DNA of 64,000 nucleotides from an uncultured delta proteobacterium (lineage in GTDB: Bacteria > Desulfobacterota > Zymogenia > Zymogenales > Zymogenaceae), in NCBI GenBank assembly GCA_963735595.1, contig CAVTLK010000005.1:672001-736000 (forward strand), in the 5' to 3' direction. The position numbers and the translations under genes were made by a program. Below, piece by piece: positions 21,357 to 32,541 of the stretch (its first letter is position 1; every line of letters begins with the position of its first letter). The notes beneath the pieces were generated by a model, which saw nothing but the letters and a program-made list of their open reading frames with translations, did not search any database and was not told the DNA's origin.

Positions 21357-22307
21357 TTACTGTTCCTTTATCGGGGCGGGTGGTTTTTGGGCAAGGCGGT
21401 AGATGACAAAAGTGCCGGAATCCTTTTTGTGGTAGTAGAGCGAACCGTCGGGTGCAACGGTCGGCGCCTCGACGAATCCGTCTGCCGCACGGATCAGCGC
21501 CGGTCGCCCGAAGGGCGCCCCGACCCTATCCCGAGTCGTGACGTAGATCCCGACGTGGATCGGCACGAGGCCCGCCAGGTGTCTCAGACGGGTGAAAAAG
21601 AGGGTCAGCCCGTCGGCCGAGGTCGCCGGTGCGTATTCGAGGGCGCCTGAGTTGACCTCGCGCATAATCGCGGCAGCCGCGAGATCGGGAGCAAAGCCCA
21701 ATCCCATCCGCCGGGCCGCCAGGATGTCGGCCGCCTCCGGCAGACCGCGTCCGGGGACGATCCTGCCGTGAACGTAATAGAGGGTCGTGCCGTCCGCGCT
21801 TATCTCAGCGTCGAAGTTCGCGTACGGGGGCCTCCCCTTCGCGATACCCGCTACCGGCTCGACGGCCGCGACCACGCCGTCGGAAAAGGGGCCGTGGAAG
21901 ATCAACGAGAAGGTCCGAGCATAGTCGCGCGTCGAGACGAAGTAGAAGACGCCGTCCCCGTCCATCGAGGCCACGGCGTCAAGCGCCGTTGAGTTGATCC
22001 CGGCGACCTCCCCGAGGTAATCGAACGTCAGGTCGTCTATCCGCCGGGCCCAGAAGAGGTTGGTATCCACCGACGGGTCGTTGCTGTTGTTGAAGAAGAG
22101 ATATGCCCCGTCGCGACTGATGAACGGCTCCATCGCGTCGCCGGAGTAGCCCAGAATGGTGACGGGCCGGGGGTTGGCATAGGATACCGAGATCGTCTCA
22201 GCGACGGACGTATCGGAGGCGGGGGCTGAGCAGGTGGCTGAGGCGCAGAGGAGCGCGAAGGAAAGGACCGCCGTGAGGGTAATTGTCCGTTTCATACCGA
22301 TAGGCAT
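21357..22307 (-). CDS. Secreted TolB/PD40-type beta-propeller protein
   Basis: Signal peptide and repeated PxISxDGxxL(F/Y)F motifs. Confidence 0.7.
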   Translation of the reverse strand: MPIGMKRTITLTAVLSFALLCASATCSAPASDTSVAETISVSYANPRPVTILGYSGDAMEPFISRDGAYLFFNNSNDPSVDTNLFWARRIDDLTFDYLGEVAGINSTALDAVASMDGDGVFYFVSTRDYARTFSLIFHGPFSDGVVAAVEPVAGIAKGRPPYANFDAEISADGTTLYYVHGRIVPGRGLPEAADILAARRMGLGFAPDLAAAAIMREVNSGALEYAPATSADGLTLFFTRLRHLAGLVPIHVGIYVTTRDRVGAPFGRPALIRAADGFVEAPTVAPDGSLYYHKKDSGTFVIYRLAQKPPAPIKEQ

Positions 22308-22427
22308 CTCTGCACTTCCTCTCACCGGCTGCCTTGAGTATACCGGAAATTGAAAGATTAGGGCGAAGGGGGAGGGGTCGTGATTATCGAATCCGCACGC
22401 TCCCTCCCTCTTATCCCGTCCGCTTTC

Positions 22428-23921
22428 CTACCATCCCGGGGCCCGTCTGTCGAACCAGGGGGCGGCCTTTTCCAACTGGGCCGCCAGGCAGAGCAGCCTC
22501 CCCTCGCTGCCGAACGGCGCCACGAAATGCACCCCGCAGGGGAGGCCGTCGGCCGTCCAGTGCATCGGAACGGACATCGCCGGCAGCCCCGTCAGGTTGG
22601 CAAGCTGGGTGAAGGGCGTGGCCGCAAGATTATCGATGGCAAGCTGCTCCACGATACCGGTCGCCTTCAGGAGCTTTCCCGCCCCCAGGCCGTTGACGAT
22701 CTTCATCAGCACGACTTCCGCGGGCTTGGGCTTGAGCTCCCCGATTTTTACGGGCGGTCGGGCCGTCGTCGGCGTCAGAAAGAGGTCGTATTTCTCGAAG
22801 AACGTCCCCATCACCCGCGCGGCCTTGTCCCATTCCCGGATCGCCGTCACGAATTCCCCTGCCGACATCGCCCTGCCCAAAAGCCCGAGGGTCCGGGTGA
22901 CCAGCTCAACCTCTCGCTTCGCGGCGCGCCTGCCGTACGTGTCCTTGACGACCTTGATATCGGCGGCCATTTCGCCCAGGTACATGATGAAATAGCCGAT
23001 CGCCAGATCCCTGAAGGCCACCGGGGGCGCTTTCTCCTCGATCCTGTGGCCGAGGCCGGCCAAAAGCTTTGCCGTCTTCTTTACGGCCGCGATATTTTCC
23101 TTGTCCACGGGCTTCCCGACCGGAGAGACGGTACTAAAGGCGATAGTGAGCTTACCCGGGTTCCTCCTGATCTCCTGGCTGTACGGCCGCTCGGGCGGCG
23201 CGATCACGTAGGGCGCGCCCGGGTCCGGTCCTTGTAGGCTGTCTAGCGCCGCGGCGCTGTCGCGCACCGAGCGGGAGAGCACGTGGCCCACCACGGCCCC
23301 CTGCCACAGCTCGCCGTAGTCCGGCCCGGTCGGGTTTCGGCCGCGGGAGGGCTTGAGGCCGAAGAGCGCGCAGTTGGACGACGGGATGCGGATCGACCCG
23401 CCCCCGTCGCCGCCGGAGGCCATCGGCACAAAGCCTGCCGCGATAGCCGCCGCGGACCCGCCGCTGGAGCCGCCCGGGGTGCGCTCGAGGTTCCATGGGT
23501 TGCGGCACGGTCCGAAGAGGTCCGGCTCCGTGTAGGCCACCAACCCGAACTCAGGCAGGTTCGTCTTACCGATGACCACCAGGCCCGCCTTTTTGTAGCG
23601 TTCCACCATTGCGCTGTCGCGCACAGGCACGAAGTTCCGGTAGGCGCGGCACCCGCTCGTCAGCGGCACACCGGCGTAGGCGTCCAGCAGGTCCTTGAGG
23701 AGGAACGGCACGCCCGTAAACGGCCCGTTGGGGAGTTTGCCTTTTGCGGCCTTGCGGCCGATGTCATACATGGCGTGGATAACGGCGTTGAGCTTCGGGT
23801 TTCCGGCCTCGATACGGCCGATCGCCTCCTCCACGAGCTCGGCGGGCGAGACCTTCTTCTTCTTTACCAGGTCAGCCAGCCCCAGGGCATCGTATTTTAC
23901 GTATTCTTTAATGCCGGCCAT
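22428..23921 (-). CDS. Amidase-signature family amidase
   Basis: [27 protein letters not shown] and DGGGSIRIP. Confidence 0.92.
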   Translation of the reverse strand: MAGIKEYVKYDALGLADLVKKKKVSPAELVEEAIGRIEAGNPKLNAVIHAMYDIGRKAAKGKLPNGPFTGVPFLLKDLLDAYAGVPLTSGCRAYRNFVPVRDSAMVERYKKAGLVVIGKTNLPEFGLVAYTEPDLFGPCRNPWNLERTPGGSSGGSAAAIAAGFVPMASGGDGGGSIRIPSSNCALFGLKPSRGRNPTGPDYGELWQGAVVGHVLSRSVRDSAAALDSLQGPDPGAPYVIAPPERPYSQEIRRNPGKLTIAFSTVSPVGKPVDKENIAAVKKTAKLLAGLGHRIEEKAPPVAFRDLAIGYFIMYLGEMAADIKVVKDTYGRRAAKREVELVTRTLGLLGRAMSAGEFVTAIREWDKAARVMGTFFEKYDLFLTPTTARPPVKIGELKPKPAEVVLMKIVNGLGAGKLLKATGIVEQLAIDNLAATPFTQLANLTGLPAMSVPMHWTADGLPCGVHFVAPFGSEGRLLCLAAQLEKAAPWFDRRAPGW

Positions 23922-24076
23922 GGATTTCTCCTTATGAATGAAAGGGAATGATGAAATTAGTGAAACAGAGATAACTAATCGCTATCTATTACCTACCGGG
24001 AACACAATACGTATAGAAATGATTCCAAACTGCAAATCAGTTATCTATCGATACAGCATCGCGCTACGTGCTGCGC

Positions 24077-24601
24077 CTACCACCGTAAACTCACCAGCCA
24101 CAGCATAAGGCCGGCCACCAGGACGTTGAAGGCCATCGAGACGTTACCCCACGAGTAGTTCTTCTTAATGACTGCCTCGATGATGTGATTGACGGCCGAG
24201 CCCGCCTTGAAGACAAAGACGGTGATGATGAGCGCCGACCGGAACTGGATCGTACTGAAAAATTCGACCTGGGTGGCCAGCAGGGCAGCGACGGCAAAAC
24301 CAAGGTGAACGAACCCTACCTCCCGTTGGAAATTCCCGTCCCCTCGGTCGAACCCGGAAAACTCCGCGACCTTTTTCCCTAAAAAAACCAATCCTACGAA
24401 TGAGAAACAACCCTGAATATAGACCGCGTAAAAGAGAAGATTATCGAGCAGGGCATGAGGCCGATCGAGATCCGGATTGAGTGCGATTTGTACTGCCGCC
24501 GCAGCCAGTGCAATGATCGGGAGGAGAAAGATATACCACTTCCCGATAATCTCTATCAGAATATAATAGAGAATCCTTTTTGGCTTTGATTCGTTTTTCA
24601 T
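24077..24601 (-). CDS. Hypothetical membrane protein (DUF6790-like)
   Basis: Hydrophobic, with FQREVGF and NH...KNY..GN motifs. Confidence 0.55.
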   Translation of the reverse strand: MKNESKPKRILYYILIEIIGKWYIFLLPIIALAAAAVQIALNPDLDRPHALLDNLLFYAVYIQGCFSFVGLVFLGKKVAEFSGFDRGDGNFQREVGFVHLGFAVAALLATQVEFFSTIQFRSALIITVFVFKAGSAVNHIIEAVIKKNYSWGNVSMAFNVLVAGLMLWLVSLRW

Positions 24602-24719
24602 GATACGCCCTCCGGCTAAGGTGTGATCCGGTCGGTCTGGCTTGAGGGGAACCACGGCTGAAGGTCCCTGCGCTTTTCAGTATACTCCCGCCGAAACGAT
24701 TGTCAAGCGTACCAATAAG

Positions 24720-25172
24720 CTAGTGTTCTTTATTGATTTCCCTGACCACGACGCGGATCCCCTTGACGGCCGTCACCTCCACGACAATCCCAACGGGGAT
24801 GTCCCCTCCCAGCTCGCTCTCGGCCCGCCAGAGCTCGCCGCCGAGACGGACGTGGCCCTTGTTCTTCCGGTTATCCACGGCGATCGTAACCGGTCCCCGC
24901 ATGCCGATCATCCGGTTCGAGCCGATCGGCGGCGGGAGCCTTTTCATGATTCTTTTCGTGATAACCAGCGCCAGGGGGAGCAGCGTGCCGGATACGATCC
25001 CAAACGCCGTCCACTGGACCGTTGGCCCGAGGCCGGCGTAGGCCAGCATCCCGGCGGTAACCGTCCCGAGTATGAACGGTACGATGAATATGCCGGGCAC
25101 GATAAGCTCCGTAACGGCCAGCAGGGCTCCCGCGGCCATCCAGATCCACCAGATTTCAACGGCAGGGGCCAT
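24720..25172 (-). CDS. NfeD family protein
   Basis: N-terminal TM segments and C-terminal OB fold (GHVRLGGELWRAES). Confidence 0.85.
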   Translation of the reverse strand: MAPAVEIWWIWMAAGALLAVTELIVPGIFIVPFILGTVTAGMLAYAGLGPTVQWTAFGIVSGTLLPLALVITKRIMKRLPPPIGSNRMIGMRGPVTIAVDNRKNKGHVRLGGELWRAESELGGDIPVGIVVEVTAVKGIRVVVREINKEH

Positions 25173-25299
25173 GATGTATATCCAGGTATGACGAAAGGAG
25201 AAGCGAAACAAATACGTACATGTAGCATACTACAGCGGAGATGATTGTCAAGAGTGTGGATGGATTGGCCGCCGTCACGAAAAAAAACGAAAAAAGTGC

Positions 25300-25346
25300 T
25301 TTACATTCTGCCGTCGCGTGTTCATAATCAGAATATACTGATTATG
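25300..25346 (+). promoter_or_regulatory. sigma70 promoter overlapped by a palindromic operator
   Basis: TTTACA(25300)-17 nt-CATAAT(25323) with an A-tract upstream. CATAATCAG-N6-CTGATTATG is a perfect inverted repeat at 25323-25346. Confidence 0.7.
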
Positions 25347-25394
25347 CTGATTAGTTGGTTATGTCAAGATATACCACATTTCATGGAGCTGCCG

Positions 25395-25670
25395 ATGAAC
25401 GGAGAAGATACTAAAAAGAAAGGTGCAGCCGCGGCCGGCCGGCAGCCCTCGTGCTGCCGGGTGCAGTCGATCGTATCGATCGACGAGCGGGGCCAGATGG
25501 TGCTGCCCAAGGAGATCAGGGAGCAGGCCGGCATCAAACCGGGCGACAAGCTGGCCGTGGTCAGCATGGAGCAGGACGGTAAAGTCTGCTGCATCACGCT
25601 GATGAAGATCGACGCGCTGACCGACGTGGTCAAAGGCGTCCTCGGGCCGGTTATGAAGGATATCCTGTAG
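25395..25670 (+). CDS. AbrB/SpoVT-type DNA-binding protein with Cys-Cys pairs (HgcC-like)
   Basis: SCC.V.SIVSIDERGQMVLPKEIR..AGIKPGDKL...VCC. Confidence 0.8.
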   Translation: MNGEDTKKKGAAAAGRQPSCCRVQSIVSIDERGQMVLPKEIREQAGIKPGDKLAVVSMEQDGKVCCITLMKIDALTDVVKGVLGPVMKDIL

Positions 25671-25731
25671 GCCGAAACCCGGCCGTATCCAATAAGCCCG
25701 ATAGGCTGATACGCCAATAGGAGAGATACCG

Positions 25732-26466
25732 ATGAACAAACGCGCCGCACGCACGGCGATCGGCATAGCGGTTTCCATAGGCTGGGCCTCGATGCTGGCG
25801 TTTCTCGCCTTTCTCGTGATCGGTCCCGTAAGTCCGTTGGACTTTAGCTTCAGTCAGCGCGGCCTGCTCCGGCTTGACGCGGGGCTGTCGCTCGTCTTTT
25901 TCATTCAACACAGCGTGATGATCCGTAAATCATTCCGCACGTGGATAACCCGTCCGGTCTCCCCGGAATATTTCGGCGTCCTCTACACGGTCGCCTCCGG
26001 CGTTGCGCTCCTCGCGCTCGTCGCGTTCTGGCAGGAATCCGACGTGATCATCGCCTCGGCCCACGGCGCCGTTCGATGGGCGCTACGCGCGGTGCCGGTT
26101 CTTTCCATAGCGGGGTTCGTTTGGGGCGTACGGTCGCTCAGGTTCTTCGACCCCTTCGGAACGAGCCCGATCACCAACCGCATGAGGGGCAGAGAGCCCA
26201 GGCCCATGCCGCTGGTAGCAGCGGGGCCGTACCGCTGGGTACGCCATCCCCTCTATTTCTTTATCGTGTTGATGGTCTGGGCATACCCGGACCTGACCGC
26301 CGACCGGCTGCTTTTCAACGTCCTCTGGACGGCCTGGATCGTGATCGCCTCGCTCCTGGAGGAGCGTGATCTCGTAGGCGAGTTCGGCGATTCGTACCGG
26401 CGCTATCAGAAACAGGTGCCCATGCTTATCCCGTACCGGATTCCGTCAAATGTAAAGGGGAATTAG
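25732..26466 (+). CDS. Isoprenylcysteine-carboxyl-methyltransferase family membrane protein (NnrU/MddA-like)
   Basis: FFIQHSVMIR, GPYRWVRHPLY, and EERDLV..FG..Y..Y...VPMLIP. Confidence 0.8.
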   Translation: MNKRAARTAIGIAVSIGWASMLAFLAFLVIGPVSPLDFSFSQRGLLRLDAGLSLVFFIQHSVMIRKSFRTWITRPVSPEYFGVLYTVASGVALLALVAFWQESDVIIASAHGAVRWALRAVPVLSIAGFVWGVRSLRFFDPFGTSPITNRMRGREPRPMPLVAAGPYRWVRHPLYFFIVLMVWAYPDLTADRLLFNVLWTAWIVIASLLEERDLVGEFGDSYRRYQKQVPMLIPYRIPSNVKGN

Positions 26467-26517
26467 TACCGTACGTTCTCGCGGGGAAAACGCAATAAAC
26501 GCATAAGGAGTATAGAT

Positions 26518-27399
26518 ATGAAACAGGAAGAAATCAAGAAGGCGGTGAGGGACCGCTATGGAAACATCGCCGAGTCCTCGGCCGGATGCGGATGCACGCC
26601 CAAGGGTCAGGCACAGTCCTGCTGCGGACCGCAGATGGACGCGGGCGATATTGCAGAAAAGATCGGGTATTCGGCGGCCGACCTCTCCTCGATCCCCGAC
26701 GGCTCCAACATGGGCCTCGGCTGCGGCAATCCCGTCGCGCTGGCCTCGCTGACGGAAGGGGAGGTGGTGCTGGACCTCGGCTCCGGCGGCGGGGTCGACT
26801 GCTTTATCGCCGCCAAGAAGGTCGGTAAAACCGGACGGGTCATCGGGGTGGACATGACCCCCGAGATGATCGCGAAGGCCCAGGCCAACGCGAAAAGGGG
26901 CGGTTTTGACAACGTCGAGTTCCGAATGGGAGAAATCGAAAACCTTCCCGTGGAAGACGGGACCGTGAACGCCGTCATATCCAACTGCGTCATCAACCTC
27001 TCGCCCGACAAGCCGCAGGTGTTCCGTGAGGCGTACCGGTCGCTCACCCCCGGAGGCAGGCTCATGGTGTCGGACATCGTGCTTCTGAGGGAGCTGCCGG
27101 AGCAGGTCAGGAAATCGGTGGACGCCTATACGGCCTGCGTGGCCGGCGCGCTGATCAAGGACGATTATATCGGCGCGATCAGGGCTGCCGGTTTTGAGGA
27201 CGTGGAGGTGATCGGTGAGACGGTCTACCCCACTGAATGGCTCATGGCCGACCCCTCGCTTGAGCCGATGATCGAGGAGGCAAAGGCGGCAGGAATCATC
27301 GACGACGGCAAGCCCTATGCCGCCAGCATAAAAGTCTCGGCAATAAAACCGGGAGGAGAGAAAAAGGCGGATTGCGAGGGGTGCTGTTGCTGCTGTTGA
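26518..27399 (+). CDS. arsM: Arsenite S-adenosylmethionine methyltransferase
   Basis: MGLGCGNP, LDLGSGGGVDC, ISNCVINL, ACVAGA, and a Cys-rich tail (CEGCCCCC). Confidence 0.9.
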   Translation: MKQEEIKKAVRDRYGNIAESSAGCGCTPKGQAQSCCGPQMDAGDIAEKIGYSAADLSSIPDGSNMGLGCGNPVALASLTEGEVVLDLGSGGGVDCFIAAKKVGKTGRVIGVDMTPEMIAKAQANAKRGGFDNVEFRMGEIENLPVEDGTVNAVISNCVINLSPDKPQVFREAYRSLTPGGRLMVSDIVLLRELPEQVRKSVDAYTACVAGALIKDDYIGAIRAAGFEDVEVIGETVYPTEWLMADPSLEPMIEEAKAAGIIDDGKPYAASIKVSAIKPGGEKKADCEGCCCCC

Positions 27400-27432
27400 C
27401 GATTGGACCGGTATTGACTACCAAACTGTTTG

Positions 27433-27463
27433 AAACGGGCGGCCTAACGGCTGCCCGTTTTTT
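27433..27463 (+). terminator. Intrinsic terminator
   Basis: AAACGGGCGGCC-TAAC-GGCTGCCCGTTT followed by more T's. Confidence 0.75.
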
Positions 27464-27509
27464 AATAGCGCTGGGTGCCACCCGATGCCGGACGCGATGA
27501 ATCGCGTCC

Positions 27510-28007
27510 CTATGATTTTTTTTTCAACTCCCGTCTCATGAGCGTTACCTCAAACGTGAAATGCTCAAACCTGATCCGGCGGTTTACGGTAAAGCCCATC
27601 CGCCGGTACCATTTGACCAGGTGCTCCTCGTCGGAGATCACCCCGATCGAGGCATGGTCGGCCCCGGTCTTCGCGGCCTCGTCGATCGCAAATGTCAGGA
27701 GCTTTTTGCCCAGGCCCCGGCCCTGATAGCCCGGCAGCACCGCGAGCCTGCCGATGTAGCAGACCTCGGGCCGGGCGTGCTCCACTGTCACGGAGCCGGC
27801 AGGCGTGCCGTCTGCCTCGATAATATAATAATGAACGCCCTTGTCCATGTCCCCGACTATCCATGCGTCGGTGATGTTGGAGGCGTGCTTCGAGTCCTTA
27901 TCCGGGGGCAGCCCCAGGCGATCGGCCACCTCTGTGAAGGACGTCTTAATGATCGCCACGAGTGTCGGGATGTCGTCCTGACCGGCCCGTCGTATAGTCG
28001 TATCCAT
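27510..28007 (-). CDS. GNAT family N-acetyltransferase
   Basis: RLAVLPGYQGRGLGKKL and WYRRMGF. Confidence 0.85.
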   Translation of the reverse strand: MDTTIRRAGQDDIPTLVAIIKTSFTEVADRLGLPPDKDSKHASNITDAWIVGDMDKGVHYYIIEADGTPAGSVTVEHARPEVCYIGRLAVLPGYQGRGLGKKLLTFAIDEAAKTGADHASIGVISDEEHLVKWYRRMGFTVNRRIRFEHFTFEVTLMRRELKKKS

Positions 28008-28078
28008 CGCGAAACCATCCATTATATTTCTATCCGAGTAACGCATCGGCCGGAAAACCGGCTGCCTTGGCGTCCGCG

Positions 28079-29394
28079 CTAACGGCCGATCGCCTCGATT
28101 CCCGTCCCGGGGAAATAAAACTCGATTATCTGCCGGTAGTCTCTTCCCATGCGGGCGAGCTCTACCGCCCCCCACTGGCTCATCCCCACGCCGTGACCCA
28201 GCCCTTTGCCGTCAAACCGGTAGGAGCCGCCGGTTTCGTGCAGCTCAAAGAGGGTGCTCTTGAGGCTGCCCCACCCGAAGCGGCTGCATACGACGATCCG
28301 GAACTTCTCGCCCGTGAGCCCGGTGCCCGCCCCCGTGAGCCGTATCTTTACCGCCCGTCCCGACGGGTCGCGCCCCGCCACGCCAACGCCGGTCACCGGC
28401 CGGCCGAGCGCGTCGGTAAGCGCCGCAAGCAGGCGCCGCTTCTCGACGGTAGAAGGTCCACGCAAAATCGGGGCTCGCCGCCGAAAGCTCCCTCCCGCGG
28501 AAAGCGTCCCTGATCGGGACGAGGTAGGGGACGGCCGGCCCGCCCCAGACATATACGGGCGATGTGGTCATACCGCCGGAGCTGGAATGATAGAAGACGC
28601 TCGGCCGGTTTGCCGCCGTACGTCACGACGAGGCCGGCGGTCTCGGTGACGGCCCGGGTGCCGGCGGCGGTCTCGGTATCCACGCCCCCGTAGTGCTGGC
28701 AGTGGGTCAGGTCGCACAGGTCCCAGCCCGTGTGCCTGCCCCGGTTTGCCAGAGCAAAGGTGCGGCACACGATCGCCTGGGCCAAAAGTGCGGCCGTTTC
28801 CCTCGTGGAAAGCTCGGCCGGCACCACCGAGAGGAGATACTCCTCGAGGGGCACGGTGTTGAGAAGGACGATAACGCCCTTCTCGGCCGATAGGGTGAGC
28901 GTCCCGTGGTAGCGGTGCCCGTCGGTCGGCGTCGTGACGGTAAGGACGGTCGACCCGGATAGGGGGGAGATAGTCAGGGGGGTCGGCACGCGCGCCGCTT
29001 TATCGTCTACGGTGAGAGTCAAGACCGACGATCCACTGGCGGTAACGGTAATGGTAACGGGGTTTTGTTCAAGGGCACCGCCGGGAAACGAGACGCGGAC
29101 GGGAGATGGCGCACTGATGGTTACGCGGTCGGTAACCCTACCCTCGAGGACCCTGACGACGATTGCGGTATCGCCGGCTGCGGAGGCGGTTACGGCAAGC
29201 AGGAGCGATAGAACACACGGCACCAATAGAAAACGCGCCAAGCGTGGTAACCGCGGTACGGCACGGATCGGTGTCAGGCGGCAGATCGAGTACATTGCGG
29301 CCCCAATGACGACTATACGGTCACTATATGATGAACGGTGAAAAAAGAAAAGGGAAAATATCGCCGGAATCATTGGAGGGCTGCGGGCAGACAT
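28079..29394 (-). CDS. SpoIID/LytB domain protein, frameshifted near 28600 (start uncertain)
   Basis: LEEYLLSVVPAE, AQAIVCRTFA and DLCDLTHCQHY in one ORF; G.GHGVGMSQWGA and I..FYFPG in the second. Confidence 0.8.
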
Positions 29395-29514
29395 CCACCC
29401 GAATCGGCATCACCTTTTGACTTGACGTTTTCCCCGATTACGATATGATATTACCGTTTTGTTGATAGGTGCGGTACAGACGCTAAAACCCAGTTTGCGC
29501 GGTGGAGGTATTAT

Positions 29515-29952
29515 ATGTCCGGTTATAAGAAAGTGCTGGTTGCGGTGGACGGTTCGTCCTGTTCGGAAAAGGCGGTTGGGGTTGCCGTAAACTTTTGCCG
29601 GCTTTCAAATGCCGAGCTTCACGCCATCTTCGTCATATCCGAGATGGTGGTGGAAAACTTCAAGCGCCTCGGCAAGGGACAGGCCAAGGAGGTGCTCGAG
29701 AGCCTCAAGGACGAGGGGAGAAAATACTTTCGCGATGTCAAGGATACCGCCAAGGAATGGGACGTGAAGGTTGTGGAGGCTATCCGCGAGGGTTTCCCGG
29801 CCGACGAGATCGTGACGTACGCCAAGAAGTCCAAGATCGACCTCATCGTCATGGGGACCCATGGCCGCAGGGTTGGCACCAGGCCCCTCATCGGGAGCAC
29901 GGCAGACCGGGTCATCCACCTGGCGCCCTGTCCGATCCTCATCGTGCCATAA
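29515..29952 (+). CDS. Universal stress protein
   Basis: VLVAVDGS, DLIVMGTHGR and IGSTADRV...APCPIL. Confidence 0.92.
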   Translation: MSGYKKVLVAVDGSSCSEKAVGVAVNFCRLSNAELHAIFVISEMVVENFKRLGKGQAKEVLESLKDEGRKYFRDVKDTAKEWDVKVVEAIREGFPADEIVTYAKKSKIDLIVMGTHGRRVGTRPLIGSTADRVIHLAPCPILIVP

Positions 29953-29958
29953 GGTATC

Positions 29959-32404
29959 GTGGGAAAATATCCCATCAGGAAGTTTTCTTGCCGATAGACT
30001 TGCCCCGGAACAAGTCTATCGTTTTTTTGAGGAGCGGGAGGATTTCTCCGAGGTAGAGAGAATTATCCCTCCGCAGCGCACCGAGGATACCGGCCTGGCC
30101 CCGCACGCGCTTGCCCGGGCGCGGACCGCCCTCAAGAAGCTGGGCAAGCGGGGGCTGCCGGGCCCGGTGCCGCCCGGCTTCTCTCCGCCGGCCGTCCTTT
30201 CGGACATGGCCGCGGCCTATGACCCGGACCTCCACGAGCGTGTCCGGAGGATCGCCTGGTACCTCTCGTCTTACCTCTTCACCCACGATGACCCCGCATC
30301 TCCCTTTCTCTCGAAAGACCGGCGCGAGGCGCGGCACGCCGACGCGATACGGGCCCACGACGGGCCGATCCTCTTCGTCCCCAACTATAACTCCCATTTA
30401 GACAGCGTTATGATTGCGGTTTTTTTCGACGCCCTGGGCCTTTGTCTCCCCTTCTCGGCCCTGGGCGACCTGCTGATGCCGAGCGTCGCTGTCGAACAGG
30501 AGATGAAGCGGCTGCGGGTCATCAAGATCACCAAGTCCCACCTCTGGGCGCCGCACTACCCGGCCTATGAGCGGATCCTTTCCGAATATATGAAGGCCCT
30601 CTTCGAGGGGGGCGCCCGGGTGGTCGTTCACAGCGAGGCCTCGCGGTACACCACCCGCAGCATCGACGGGACGATGCGGGCGACCATCCCGCCCTGGATC
30701 ATCTCGGCGCTGCTATCGTCCGAGCGGGACGTGCTGGTGGTCCCGCTGACTCTCTCGCTTTCCCGGGTCCCCGAGGACCGGGCGCTGACCTACCATAAAC
30801 CGCTGGCCGGCCTGATCAGCCGAAACGACCTGAGCGCCGACGTCCCGATTACCCGTTACCTGAGATTCGGCCGCGGCTGGTGGGGCCGCCTGTTCAGCGC
30901 GGTGCTCGACGGTATGCCGGGCGTTTACGGCACGGCGTACCTGACGCTCGGCGAACCCTTCCTGAAGGGGGATATGATCAGGGAGGCGCCGGCCGGGCGC
31001 GACCCCGCCGATACCATCGCCAGACGGGCGATGGAGGAGACGGCCAGGAATAAAAAGGTGCTCCCCACGCACCTGGTCGCCGGGACGCTTATGAGCCGCG
31101 AGCGGCTGACAAAACGGGAGCTCCATCCGGCGGCCGCCGAGGAGCTCGAACGGCTGATCGCCTTTCATCGCGAGCGCTACGGGTCGGCGCCCGATCTGGA
31201 CGACTCGTTTTCGGGCGGCATCGGGAGGGCCGTGGAGGCGGGGCTTTTGCCGATGACGGAGCGCCGTATCATTAAAAAGGGCCTGATGCTCCCCCGACGC
31301 TTCTACGTCTCGAACCGGGTCCTGGGCCGGTTCTACGCAAACCAGCTCGACCACCGGATCTATCCCCAGTGGTCGGGCCACAACCTGACGGTGGTCAACG
31401 CCGGGGCGTTCGGCTATACGCTGACCACCCACCTGGGGAGGAAGTTCGACGCCGACCCGGCCTATGCCGACTGGAGCCTGGTGCTGTTTGACGCCCGCAG
31501 GGATATCGTGCAGTCAATAGCGGAGCACCGGGCGCACCCCGACTTTTTCCCCGGCAGCGTGCTGCCGAAGGTTGTCCACGTGGAATCGGACCTCGGGGCG
31601 GGGATCGGCCGCGCCGAGATCGTCGTCGTGGCCACCCCTTCGGACCACTTCCGGGAGACGGCGCGCGCGATTCTGGAGGCCCACCCCGACCCGTTTGTGC
31701 TGGTGATCGCCACGAAGGGATTTGAGGCCGAGACCTCGCTCTTGCCGGTCGAGACGGCATGGGAAGAGATGGACAGGCGGGGGAGGTCCAACGTCCAGAT
31801 CGCCGTAATTTCCGGGGCAAACCTCGCCGGCGAGATCATGGAGGAAAGACTGACGGCAACCCAGCTTGCCGTAGAGAATAACGACCTGAGGGCACGGCTC
31901 ATCGATATCTTCTCAACGGACGATTTTTACGTCTACCCCTCCAGCGACCTCCTGGGCACGCAGCTGGCCGGCGCCATGAAGAACGTCTATGCCATCGCCT
32001 ACGGGATCGCCGACGGATCGAAAGACGCCTCGGTAAACTTCACCGCGACGCTCGTGACCCGTATCTCCGCGGAGATCAAGACGCTGGCCCTGGCGATGGG
32101 GGCCGACCCCGAGACCTTCGATACGGAGGGCCAGGCGTGGATGGCCGATTTTTTGGCGACCGCGCGGGGCGGGAGGAACAGCGAGTTCGGCAAGGCCCTC
32201 GTCCGCTGGCCGGTCCCGATCGCGCTGAGGTTTTTCAAGGACGCCAAGAAAAACATCGAGGGCTACGCGGCGACGAAGGCCGCTATGGAGCTGGCGGAGC
32301 GATACCGGGTGGAGCTTCCGATCGTCGAAGCGCTCTATGATATCCTCTATGAAATGGGAGAGGCCGACCCCCGCCGGTTCATACGGCGGCCGGATAACCG
32401 GTGA
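29959..32404 (+). CDS. Fusion of a glycerol-3-phosphate acyltransferase-like domain and NAD(P)H-dependent glycerol-3-phosphate dehydrogenase (GpsA-like)
   Basis: N-terminal FVPNYNSHLD and TRSIDG; C-terminal GTQLAGAMKNVYAIA, ADFLAT...RN and IEG. Probable GTG start at 29959 with one extra T in the run near 29983-29986. Confidence 0.75.
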
Positions 32405-32541
32405 GTGCCCGCGGTCGGCGGGGCCAAACGTGATTGGCCGCGCACGACCCGCATTCTCGATAAACCCCGGCAAAATCTAAAAATCCTTTATGGCCGTCCG
32501 GAAGTATGCTATACTGAAACCTTTATGCTTCCGGAGTCGTT

